Shown here piece after piece: positions 14,113 to 22,656 of a stretch of DNA of 53,373 nucleotides. Source of the DNA: Clostridiales bacterium UBA1248. Its GTDB lineage: Bacteria > Bacillota > Clostridia > Oscillospirales > CAG-272. The position numbers were made by a program, and so were the translations under genes. The DNA lies in NCBI GenBank assembly GCA_002308615.1, contig DBWC01000015.1:1-53373 (forward strand), given 5' to 3'. The notes below the pieces were generated by a model. That model ran no database searches. It had not been told where the DNA came from and worked only from the letters and a program-made list of their open reading frames with translations. Numbering within the stretch: position 1 is the first letter of the stretch; each line of letters begins with the position of its first letter.

Positions 14113-14997
14113 TTATTTTACTTTCTTTGCAACGACAACACCTGCGAGTGCGACACAGGCGACCACTGCCACAGCTATTACGGAAGCATCGGCAGTACCG
14201 GGATTCTCAGGGGCCGCGGCCTCTTTTTCCTGGGTGAAGGGAAGCTCGAACGTTGTGTCAACAAGCTCACCGTTTGCGTCAACGGCGAATATCTTTATCG
14301 TATGAGCGCCCTTGCCGGCGTTGGAGACGTCGATATCAATATTGAAGCCTTCGGCGGTCTGATCTATCGCGCCTTTTACGTCAGGTCTGTCCTGAATATA
14401 ATCGGCGGAGGATACGGCGCTGTTGCCGTCTATCGTGTAAGCGAAGCCGGTGATGGCGGTGGATATGAACGCCCAGCCGCGCACGTTGATCGTTGAGATC
14501 TCGCCCTTGACTTCGTTTTCCTTTATCCAGACGTCTGCCTGACCGGTAGCGGGCGATACAAGAGTGCCGTCAACGGTGATACCGTCCCAGGACTTGTTTT
14601 TCAGCTCAGCCGCAGAGGAAGACGACGCATCGGTTATCTCGATCTCAATGGATTCGATCCATTCGGCAGTGTTAGACCAGGGGTTGTCATTGCCGACGAG
14701 AGCGATGGTCCATTTGCCGGCGGTGAATTCGGTGTTGACGTCCCGGAGATTTTCAAGCAGATTGAACTGCGTGCCGCTGCCTACGGTCTCAACATATACC
14801 CAACCGGCGGAGCCTTCTGTGACTTCGGTTCTCTGGATACCGACCCAGTCGGTGCCTGATCCGACTGCAGTGACGAGTATGGGCTCGCCTACCGCGAACG
14901 TCGTCTTGTTTACCTGCAGTTTGCTCTCAGCGAATACTGCCGTGCACAGAGCGACGGTTATGGCAAGAATGATTGCCAGTGCTGTGAATTTTTTCAT
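14113..14997 (-). CDS. Cell-surface protein with a signal peptide, beta-sandwich domains and a C-terminal TM anchor with a basic tail
   Basis: 294 aa. The N-terminal signal is MKKFTALAIILAITVALCTAVFA. The C-terminus is PENPGTADASVIAVAVVACVALAGVVVAKKVK. An internal segment (GWAFISTAITGFAYTIDG...GAHTIKIFAVDANGE) resembles the Ig-like repeats in 6878..9022. Confidence 0.65.
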   Translation of the reverse strand: MKKFTALAIILAITVALCTAVFAESKLQVNKTTFAVGEPILVTAVGSGTDWVGIQRTEVTEGSAGWVYVETVGSGTQFNLLENLRDVNTEFTAGKWTIALVGNDNPWSNTAEWIESIEIEITDASSSSAAELKNKSWDGITVDGTLVSPATGQADVWIKENEVKGEISTINVRGWAFISTAITGFAYTIDGNSAVSSADYIQDRPDVKGAIDQTAEGFNIDIDVSNAGKGAHTIKIFAVDANGELVDTTFELPFTQEKEAAAPENPGTADASVIAVAVVACVALAGVVVAKKVK

Positions 14998-15215
14998 TTT
15001 GTGTCATACCTCCTTTATAATAATGCACAAAATATGGTTTCAAAAGTGTTAAACGTGACACCCGATAGCGGCAACCGGAAAACGCAGCGTCCGTGTATGG
15101 ATCCGCTGATTGATAAGCCTTACACTCACCGGCAGCGTATCCCGACTGCCATTATAATTATTATATACAAAGACAATAGTTTATCAAGTGGTTTATATCG
15201 CTTTATCGGGTATTT

Positions 15216-16769
15216 TTATTGCGGATCTGCTTTTTTATTCTTTTTTTTGAGGAAAAGTACAACGCAGACGGCGGCGATTACCGCGACTGCGGCAATAACA
15301 CCGATGATGATACCCGTTTTGCTGCTGTTTCCGGTGTTGTCAGCACCGGTCGTCCGGGCTTTATCGGTGTCAGTCGCCGGAGAAGTGACCTCAGCCGTGC
15401 TGTCGTTATTCTCTTTGTCCGTTACGGTCGCTTCGGTCGTTTCGGGCTTGGGGTCGGTGACGGCGTCAGTAGTGCTGTTCGGATCGTCGTATCTTGCCTT
15501 CAGGGATCTGATATACAACTCCTGACCGGGCTCGGCGTCATATGATGCAAAGTCGACCCTGATCATTCTTATCTCATGGTGCCACGTATCGTTGTCATCG
15601 TCTCGCATGTTGACCTCAAGATCCGTGAAATCATCGGCGGCGTCAATGTAGAACGTGATATGGTTATCCGTGAAGTAAACCTCCGAATACTTGGTGGAGA
15701 AGTAAATTTCCGCCACGTTATCCTCGAATCCGCCGCCGGTTTTATAGTTGAAAATCAGCGTGGTGAATTTGTCGCCGTCAAACGAGTTCGTTTCATCTAT
15801 CGGAACGTAAAAGTAAGGCTGAGGTCCGGTTACTGTCACTTTGACCGCGCCGGAATCGTCCATTTCAAGAGTGCAGCGCTGCGGCTCCGCTTTTATCATC
15901 TTGCTGAACATCTCGGGATCGGAAAAGTCAACAACAGTGATTACGTCGCCGATATTGTAATCAATGTGCTCTCTTTCCGTGACCTCTGCGGCGCCCGTGT
16001 CTACCACCTCGGGCGTGTAGGGCTTTCCGCTTCTGTACTTGTCGTCGTCGACCAGGCAGTTGTGTTTGATCTCGGCGTCAGACAGGACTCTGTCGTAGAA
16101 TCTGAAGGAGTAAACGTCACCGGACCAGCTTCTCTTGGGATTCTCATGACCGAAGAAAAGCGTGTCTGCTATGTTGATCTCAACTGGTACGCCGGATGAC
16201 ACAAGCTCGCCGTCAATGTAGATCTTACATATCGGCTCGTCGATGTCGAACGTCACCGTGAGCGTCGAATTGCTTACGAGATCACGTCCGTTTTTTGCGA
16301 TCGGTCTGTCTCTGTTGTTGTCATTATACTTGTATTCCAGATCATCAAGTCCGTCCTGTACGCGGATGAACATGGAAAATTCATCGTTGTCGGACGCGAC
16401 GAGCGTCAGCCAGTCGGTGCCGTAGTATTCGAGCTCGCCGAATGCCATTTCGATCGTATACTGCTTGGCGTTGGCGACGCTTCTGACGTTTTCGTTGAAA
16501 TACGTGCGCTTTTTGTCAACGTGGAACGCGTTTTCGGTCCACTTCGTGTTTTCATCCGTTTCAACGCTGAAGTGATATCCGTTGCCTGAGAGGTCGCGCC
16601 AGATCGAGGCGTTGAGATCCTGTTTTCCGTTCGAGTTGTTCGCGCCGTCGTAATAAGCAACTATTCCGTCCATTATTATCCCGTCCTTTGCCGAAGCGGT
16701 GAATGGAATGACCGACGCTATGATGACCGCCGCGATAAACGCGGAGAGAAGTCTTAACGTTATCTTCAT
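15216..16769 (-). CDS. LamG (Laminin_G_3 / concanavalin-like) domain surface protein with a C-terminal TM anchor
   Basis: 517 aa with a signal peptide and the LamG_3 hallmark DLSGNGYHF. A Thr/Asp/Glu-rich linker follows. The C-terminus is SSKTGIIIGVIAAVAVIAAVCVVLFLKKKNKK. Confidence 0.7.
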   Translation of the reverse strand: MKITLRLLSAFIAAVIIASVIPFTASAKDGIIMDGIVAYYDGANNSNGKQDLNASIWRDLSGNGYHFSVETDENTKWTENAFHVDKKRTYFNENVRSVANAKQYTIEMAFGELEYYGTDWLTLVASDNDEFSMFIRVQDGLDDLEYKYNDNNRDRPIAKNGRDLVSNSTLTVTFDIDEPICKIYIDGELVSSGVPVEINIADTLFFGHENPKRSWSGDVYSFRFYDRVLSDAEIKHNCLVDDDKYRSGKPYTPEVVDTGAAEVTEREHIDYNIGDVITVVDFSDPEMFSKMIKAEPQRCTLEMDDSGAVKVTVTGPQPYFYVPIDETNSFDGDKFTTLIFNYKTGGGFEDNVAEIYFSTKYSEVYFTDNHITFYIDAADDFTDLEVNMRDDDNDTWHHEIRMIRVDFASYDAEPGQELYIRSLKARYDDPNSTTDAVTDPKPETTEATVTDKENNDSTAEVTSPATDTDKARTTGADNTGNSSKTGIIIGVIAAVAVIAAVCVVLFLKKKNKKADPQ

Positions 16770-16784
16770 GAATACCTCCCTGAT

Positions 16785-18083
16785 TTATTTCTTTTTCTTT
16801 TTGATCAGGATGAACGAGACCGCAGCGGCTATGACGACAACGCCGGCGATTATACCGATGATTACGCCGGTATTGGAGCCCTTGCCCTGACTTTTTTCGC
16901 CTTCCGTCGTCGCTTCGGGCTTTGTGCCGTCCGCCTTCGCTGTCGTTTCGTCTTTCGCCTCGGTGTCGGCTGCGGTCGTCACGGCTTCGGTGTCCTTCGT
17001 CTCTTCGGTGGTCTGCGGCGCGTCTGTCACCTCTTCGGTCGTCAGCTCCTCAGTCGTGGTTTCGTCGGGATCGTATTCCTTTGCCGTTGCGGGTTCGGGG
17101 ATTTTCGAATAGCTTACGGGCTTGTAGTAGAGTGAATCCTCCGGTTCGATCGGGCCGTCCATGACTCTGATCTCGGAGATAGAGCCGGCGAACAGTCTTC
17201 TGATTATGCCCTCGGGCGCGTCCTCGTTCTTGCACTCGTTTTCATGACCGGCGCCCCATTTGCGTCCCACGCCGACTTCCCATGAGTAATTCGGATCCGT
17301 GTATAAAAGATACGGATAATCTCCGATGGTCCGCATCGGTTCACCGTCGATATAATACGTTGTGGAGAAGCCGTCGCTTGACACGAGTATATGATGCCAT
17401 TCATCCGCACCGATCAGTATCTCTTCCATCTCAACATTGACCTTCTGCGTGCCATCGCAGTGTACGTACTGCATCCACGTTTTGTTCTGACCGATCATGC
17501 CGGAGTCGGCATCATCCTGCCATTCGGACAGTGCTATCGAGAAAGGAGGCTCGTTCTGATCTTCAATGACGCCCTGTCTTGAAAATATGCCGCAGTAGCG
17601 GTTGTAATCGTTGTCAAGTTCAGGCGAAAGCTTTACAATGATGTCTATGGAAAAGCCTTCATCAAATTCATTTGAATTGAGGGGCGAACCTTTTATTGTC
17701 TCAAGGTATTTGCCGGACGTATAGCCGCCGGTCCATGAGGTCTCACCCTCGGTATACGGGTCGACCGCCGCCGCGAGCACCTTCGTATTGTTCATTTTCA
17801 GCGCGGAACCGGACTTGGATTCGCCTTTGTCGACGCCGTCGTCCCAGGTGAATATGTCGAGCTGCGAGCCGTTTCCGACGACCCTCGAAACAAGGTCGTT
17901 GCCGTTGCCGGACAGGTCGATGAACTGAAGCTCGTCTTTTTCTATGTCTCCGACGAAGTAGCCTTCGACGTTCTGCAGCTTCCAGTGCGCTACGGTCTTT
18001 ACGTCGTCAGCGTGTACGGATATGGCCGCGAAACAGCTGAAGATGACTGATATGACCGCAGCAAGTGCAATTATCTTTTTCAT
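16785..18083 (-). CDS. LamG (Laminin_G_3) domain surface protein with a C-terminal TM anchor
   Basis: 432 aa with a signal peptide and IDLSGNGNDLVS. A Thr/Glu-rich linker follows. The C-terminus is GSNTGVIIGIIAGVVVIAAAVSFILIKKKKK. It lies 15 nt upstream of the next gene. Confidence 0.7.
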   Translation of the reverse strand: MKKIIALAAVISVIFSCFAAISVHADDVKTVAHWKLQNVEGYFVGDIEKDELQFIDLSGNGNDLVSRVVGNGSQLDIFTWDDGVDKGESKSGSALKMNNTKVLAAAVDPYTEGETSWTGGYTSGKYLETIKGSPLNSNEFDEGFSIDIIVKLSPELDNDYNRYCGIFSRQGVIEDQNEPPFSIALSEWQDDADSGMIGQNKTWMQYVHCDGTQKVNVEMEEILIGADEWHHILVSSDGFSTTYYIDGEPMRTIGDYPYLLYTDPNYSWEVGVGRKWGAGHENECKNEDAPEGIIRRLFAGSISEIRVMDGPIEPEDSLYYKPVSYSKIPEPATAKEYDPDETTTEELTTEEVTDAPQTTEETKDTEAVTTAADTEAKDETTAKADGTKPEATTEGEKSQGKGSNTGVIIGIIAGVVVIAAAVSFILIKKKKK

Positions 18084-18109
18084 GTTTGTTACCTCCAGAG
18101 TTTTTTATT

Positions 18110-18138
18110 ATTATATCATCCGCAGCACTGAAAAGCAA
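18110..18138 (-). promoter_or_regulatory. Sigma-A-type promoter for the LamG surface-protein operon
   Basis: The minus strand reads TTGCTT, a 17-nt spacer, then TGa-TATAAT. It is followed by GGAGG and ATG 18083. Confidence 0.45.
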
Positions 18139-18220
18139 ATCATATTGTGTGTCAAAGTGTGCAATATTTTACTTTTTTGTGATATTTCAAAAAAAATAAT
18201 ATCAAAAAATTGTTCAGATG

Positions 18221-18249
18221 TTGACTTTGACGACTGTACGTGATATAAT
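18221..18249 (+). promoter_or_regulatory. Near-consensus promoter for the AraC-family regulator
   Basis: TTGACT at 18221-18226, a 17-nt spacer, then TGa-TATAAT at 18241-18249. Confidence 0.6.
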
Positions 18250-18278
18250 CCGCATATACGCGGAAGGAGGTGCGGCAC

Positions 18279-19043
18279 GTGTTTTACGAGGTCAGAAACG
18301 TAGGCGGGGCGGAGTATTTCCGCGTCGACACGGAAAACAATATGAATTTCCCGCGCCATTTACATCAATCGTTCGAGATAATACTCGTCACGGGCGGAAA
18401 ACTGACGGTGGACGTTGATTCCGGGACGTATACGCTTGAAGAGGGGGACGCTCTGATGATCTTCCCCCATCAGATTCACTCGCTTTCCTCGGAGGTCAGC
18501 AGACACGTAACGTATATCTTTTCGCCGCTGCTCGTGAACTCATATTTTTCCGCGCTGCGCGGCAAGGTGCCAGCGTCGGGCGCGTTCCGGATGCCGGAGG
18601 CGCTCGCCGCGGCGCTCGGTTCGCTTTCGCCGGATTCATCCGTTATTGAGAAGAAGGGCGTCCTTTATTCCGTTTGCGCGGCGTTCGACCGCGGCGCGCG
18701 GTACGTTGAAAGAAAATATAAAAACGGACCTTTCTATGATATATTCTCGTTTGTCGAGGAGAACTACACGAACGAATGCACGCTTTCGGACGCGGTGGAA
18801 CGCGTCGGCATGAATTATTCGTATATCTCCCGCAATTTCAAGAAGCTCGTCGGCATGAGCTTCAACGATTACGTCAATCTTATGAGGCTGAATCAGGCTT
18901 GTTATCTTTTGAGGAACAGCGATATATCGATCACCGACTGCGGGTACGAGAGCGGTTTCAGATCGATACACACGTTCAACCGGAATTTCAAGGAGAAATA
19001 CGGCATCTCTCCTCAACAGTACAGAAAAGAACAGAAGAATTGA
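18279..19043 (+). CDS. AraC-family transcriptional regulator (N-terminal cupin, C-terminal HTH)
   Basis: The start was moved to GTG 18279 because GGAGG at 18266-18270 sits 8 nt upstream, whereas the track start at 18270 overlaps the RBS. The C-terminus (SYISRNFKK..G.SFNDY...RL..A..LL) is a typical AraC HTH. Confidence 0.8.
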   Translation: MFYEVRNVGGAEYFRVDTENNMNFPRHLHQSFEIILVTGGKLTVDVDSGTYTLEEGDALMIFPHQIHSLSSEVSRHVTYIFSPLLVNSYFSALRGKVPASGAFRMPEALAAALGSLSPDSSVIEKKGVLYSVCAAFDRGARYVERKYKNGPFYDIFSFVEENYTNECTLSDAVERVGMNYSYISRNFKKLVGMSFNDYVNLMRLNQACYLLRNSDISITDCGYESGFRSIHTFNRNFKEKYGISPQQYRKEQKN

Positions 19044-19054
19044 GGAAAAACACT

Positions 19055-19963
19055 ATGCACATGAACCCGCAGCTCGAAACGCTTTTGAAAAACGGCTATA
19101 AAAAGGAGATCGCTCAAGGGATCGCCGCGCTTGAGGAAATGCTCGACCGCGAGCCCGGCCTCGCGGCTGAGATGGACGAGACGGTAAGACTGTATTCGGG
19201 CGAAGGAACGCTTTCCATGGACGAAGCGCTCGCAAGGATCGCCCGGATCGCCGGAAAATACGGTAAAAACGAATACAGTCTCGACCTTTTGCTGATCGTC
19301 AACAGTCTGCCGAACCTTTACGGAAAATACGTTGAAAACAACATTCCGGATTCCGTTTTCTATGAATCTATGGACGATATAAGATGCAAGGTAAACGAGT
19401 GCGTGGAATGCAAGGGAATCGTTGGTACCTTCGTCGCCGACTGGTACGACAGGTTCTTCAAACTGACATGTTTCGGCCTCGGCAGATTCCAGTACGAGGT
19501 CGCCGCGTACGGGGGGGACGATCACGTCATGAGATCCGGAAAAACGCTTAAAAACGGAGACAAATATATAAATATGCACATCCCGTCGAGAGGCATACCG
19601 CTGACGGACGACGTCCGCCTCGCATCCTACCGCGCGGCGTACCCGTATTTCAAACGGTATTTCGACGACGGCGTCGTCATTTTCGGCTGTCATTCGTGGC
19701 TGCTTTTCCCGAAGCACCTTGAATTTTTGCCGCCTCACCTTAATATCAGGAAATTCATCGGCGATTTTGAACTCATAAGCAGCGAGGAGACGGAAGAGTT
19801 CGGCGATATATGGAGAGTTTTCGGCAGGTACGCCGATCTGCCGTACGATAAACTTCCGCGCGATACGGCGCTGCGCAAAGCTTACGCCGAATGGCTCTGC
19901 TCGGGTAATAAGACCGGATACGGATTCGGCGTCTTTGAATTCGACGGTGAAAAAATACTCTGA
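19055..19963 (+). CDS. Acyltransferase-domain protein of the NAT_N/GNAT_C (DUF5596-like) family
   Basis: The start was set to ATG 19055 (MHMNPQ) after GAGGA. The longer track ORF from 18776 overlaps the AraC gene in another frame. FGCHSWLLFPKHLEFLPPHLNIRKF matches my recollection of the GNAT_C signature. Confidence 0.55.
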   Translation: MHMNPQLETLLKNGYKKEIAQGIAALEEMLDREPGLAAEMDETVRLYSGEGTLSMDEALARIARIAGKYGKNEYSLDLLLIVNSLPNLYGKYVENNIPDSVFYESMDDIRCKVNECVECKGIVGTFVADWYDRFFKLTCFGLGRFQYEVAAYGGDDHVMRSGKTLKNGDKYINMHIPSRGIPLTDDVRLASYRAAYPYFKRYFDDGVVIFGCHSWLLFPKHLEFLPPHLNIRKFIGDFELISSEETEEFGDIWRVFGRYADLPYDKLPRDTALRKAYAEWLCSGNKTGYGFGVFEFDGEKIL

Positions 19964-19988
19964 AAACAAAAAGGATCGGTACCGGTCC
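19963..19988 (-). terminator. Terminator-like hairpin on the minus strand, distal to the GH3 gene
   Basis: GGATCGGTACCGGTCC forms a hairpin. On the minus strand it is followed by TTTTTGTTTT. Confidence 0.5.
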
Positions 19989-19991
19989 TTT

Positions 19992-20038
19992 CAGACTGAA
20001 GACAAAGCCCCTTTTTCAGAGACTTTGTCTTCAGTCTG
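19992..20038. repeat. 16-bp perfect inverted repeat between convergent genes
   Basis: CAGACTGAAGACAAAG (19992-20007) pairs with CTTTGTCTTCAGTCTG (20023-20038) across a 15-nt loop. Confidence 0.7.
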
Positions 20039-20039
20039 A

Positions 20040-20065
20040 GCGCGGAGACGTCTCCGCGCTTTTTT
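20040..20065 (+). terminator. Rho-independent terminator of the + strand AraC/acyltransferase unit
   Basis: The palindrome GCGCGGAGACGTCTCCGCGC is followed by TTTTTT. Confidence 0.7.
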
Positions 20066-20076
20066 ATTTGCAAATG

Positions 20077-22329
20077 TCACGTTCTGTCCCCGCAGATCAG
20101 CGCGCCGTCTCTGACGCGTACCTCAAACGAGTAAAAGATATTCTTGCACGACGTGCCGAGCGATACGGTGTGATCACCGTCGAACAATCCGTATTCAAGT
20201 CCGGCGTTATAATACCGGAACGCCTCTTTGCCGAGCTTTACGGAAACGCGCTTTTTTTCACCCGATTCAAGCCATGTTTTCTTATACGCTTTAAGCTCCG
20301 ATACGGGACGCACCACGCCGCAGTTCCTGCTCTGCAGATATATCTGCACCACCTCCGCGCCGCGGTATTTGCCGACGTTCTCAACGTCGTACTCTACGGT
20401 CAGCCCGTTATCGTTTACCGAGCAGCTCACGTTATCTGTTCTGAATTCCGTATATGAAAGCCCGTAACCGAATTCAAACAGCGGATTCCCGTCGTTCTCG
20501 TTGTAGTGATAGCCGCGTCCGCTCGGCTTGAACGAATAGTACAGCGGAAGCTGTCCGACTGATTTCGGGAACGACATCGGCAGTTTGCCGGACGGGGAGA
20601 CGAGTCCGAAAAGCGCCTCGCAGATCGCCTGTGCGCCCTGCTCGCCCGGGTACCACGCCTCGAGCACCGCGGGGACGGTATCTATCCACGGCGTCATATC
20701 TATCGGCGCGCCGTTCAATAACACCACGGCGGAGTTTTTGTTTGCTTTTGCCATGGCGACGATCGCCGATTCCTGATCCGTACCGTCCTCCGCCCTGACC
20801 TGATCGACGATCATACCGCCGGAGTTTTCCGTCTCGAACGTCCGCATTTCGCGGGAAAGGCGTATATTGCACCTGTCGCGTCCCTCTCCCTCAAGCATTT
20901 TGGTAAAATACAGACATATATCGCATCCCGGCGCTTTTTCGGGTATTTCCGCGTCTTTTCCGGTGATTATATTTACTTTTTCACCTAAAAAAGCTCTTAA
21001 ATATCCGAGCGGCGTGTATGCGTCGTCGGCACGCCAGCCCTGATACGGGCCGGAATAATTGTCGCCGACTGGTACGGTATCGGCGCCTTCTCCGAAAACT
21101 CCCACCGTTCTGACCTTTGATTTATCAAACGGCAGGACGCTTTCGTTTTTCAACAGCACCAGACACTCCCGCGCGGCTCTGAGCGCGGTTTCTTTATGCT
21201 TTTCGCAGCGGATGAATCCGTCTATCGTATCCTCGTCGACATAAGGGTCGTCAAACAGGCCGATCGCGATCTTGGTTTTTAAAATACGGTACGCGGCGCG
21301 GTCTATATCTTTTTCCGTCAGATATCCTTTTTCGAGCGCCTCCTTAACGTTTCCGACCGAGCTGTTCGGCAGAGGCGCCTCGAGTCCGGCTTTTATGCAC
21401 ATCGCCGTCGCTTTCACCTCGGTGTCCGCCGCGTGATGAGCGTTGCAGACGTCCTCTGCCCCGTTGTAATCGGACACGACGAAACCGTTGAAACCCCATT
21501 CGTCGCGCAGGATCTTCGTCAGAAGCTTTTCGCTGCATGAGCACGGCACCCCGTCGACCGCGTTGTACGCCGCCATAACGGACATCGCTCCGCCCTCCTG
21601 AAAGCAGCGTCTGAACGGCGGCAAAAACACCTCATACAGCGTGCGCCACGACGAGTGCGACTCGTTGGAATCGCGTCCGCCGTCCGCGTAGTTGTCGGCA
21701 AAGTGCTTCGGCGTGGCTATAACGCCGTTGCTCTGAAATCCGCGGCACATCGCCTCGCCCATATCCGACACGAGCAGGACGTCCTCTCCGAAGGTCTCCA
21801 TGGTGCGTCCCCAGCGGCAGTCGCGGCTGATATTCACAACAGGCGCGAACACCTGCCTGACGCCGGCCGCCGCGACTTCTTTTCCTATTACGTCCGCGAC
21901 TTCTGATACGAGCTGTTTATCGAACGTCGCGGCAAGCGCTATCGGTTGAGGAAAGCACGTAGCCATGCCCCACTGCGCGCCGTGCAGCGCTTCTCCGTTC
22001 TCGATAGCAGGGATTCCGAACCGGTTTGCTTCGACGGATTTCCCGACGTCGCGGTTTATGAAACGCGCGACCTCTGACGGGCTCGACGTCTTTTTATCCT
22101 TCCAATGCATGAAATGCCCGGGGTTGCGGAAGCTGCCCAAACGATAGTCGCGCTTTTCTTTATATTCGCCGCCCAGCACGTCGAAGATTATCTGCGTCGA
22201 TATCTGGAAAACTTTTTCGTCAAGCGTCATCCTGTTTATAAGATCCCGCGCTCTTTCCTCCGGGCTCCGCGTTTTATCTCTGAATACTTCCAAATCGCCT
22301 TTATTCATCTGCATTTTATCACTTTGCAC
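20077..22329 (-). CDS. Glycoside hydrolase family 3 (beta-glucosidase / beta-xylosidase type)
   Basis: 750 aa. GH3-like segments are TLDEKVFQI, GFVVSDYNGAED (nucleophile Asp region) and a C-terminal FnIII-like domain (GLSYTEF...VENVG...G.EVVQIYL). Confidence 0.85.
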   Translation of the reverse strand: MQSDKMQMNKGDLEVFRDKTRSPEERARDLINRMTLDEKVFQISTQIIFDVLGGEYKEKRDYRLGSFRNPGHFMHWKDKKTSSPSEVARFINRDVGKSVEANRFGIPAIENGEALHGAQWGMATCFPQPIALAATFDKQLVSEVADVIGKEVAAAGVRQVFAPVVNISRDCRWGRTMETFGEDVLLVSDMGEAMCRGFQSNGVIATPKHFADNYADGGRDSNESHSSWRTLYEVFLPPFRRCFQEGGAMSVMAAYNAVDGVPCSCSEKLLTKILRDEWGFNGFVVSDYNGAEDVCNAHHAADTEVKATAMCIKAGLEAPLPNSSVGNVKEALEKGYLTEKDIDRAAYRILKTKIAIGLFDDPYVDEDTIDGFIRCEKHKETALRAARECLVLLKNESVLPFDKSKVRTVGVFGEGADTVPVGDNYSGPYQGWRADDAYTPLGYLRAFLGEKVNIITGKDAEIPEKAPGCDICLYFTKMLEGEGRDRCNIRLSREMRTFETENSGGMIVDQVRAEDGTDQESAIVAMAKANKNSAVVLLNGAPIDMTPWIDTVPAVLEAWYPGEQGAQAICEALFGLVSPSGKLPMSFPKSVGQLPLYYSFKPSGRGYHYNENDGNPLFEFGYGLSYTEFRTDNVSCSVNDNGLTVEYDVENVGKYRGAEVVQIYLQSRNCGVVRPVSELKAYKKTWLESGEKKRVSVKLGKEAFRYYNAGLEYGLFDGDHTVSLGTSCKNIFYSFEVRVRDGALICGDRT

Positions 22330-22626
22330 GGTCTGCCTCCCTTTATTTCATAATACGTTATTTTTCCGTTTTTCCATTTGATGTTGACTTTTGCGCCGCC
22401 CTTTGCGCGAAGCCCTCTGACTTCGCCGGACTGCCAGTCGGACGGCAGCGCGGGAAGCAGCAAGATGCCCGTCGTTGTCCGGTACGAGCATATCAAGATA
22501 GAATCTGCACGCTCCAAGCATCAGCGGGTAAGCGGTATCCCGCAAAAACTCCGCATCCTTGAAATACTCGTATTCTTCGTAAAGATGCCGGCAGAGCCTC
22601 CTCGAACAAAGCTGCCGGGCGGTCAA
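22305..22626 (-). pseudogene. Remnant of a GH95 alpha-L-fucosidase gene (frameshifted, internally deleted, N-terminus missing)
   Basis: Two frames carry GH95-like pieces. One reads LYEEYEYFKDAEFLRDTAYPLMLGACRFYLDMLVPDNDG. The other reads LLLPALPSDWQSGEVRGLRAKGGAKVNIKWKNGKI, which matches the GH95 C-terminal signature. Only about 100 of roughly 750 codons remain. Confidence 0.65.
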
Positions 22627-22656
22627 AGAATATGATGCTCATTACACTCTCCGATC

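Noticed and set aside
14113-18083. LPXTG sortase substrates
   Set aside because: None of the five C-terminal tails contains LPXTG or a clear (S/P)PXTG variant. They are reported as an unclassified anchor or possible sorting signal.
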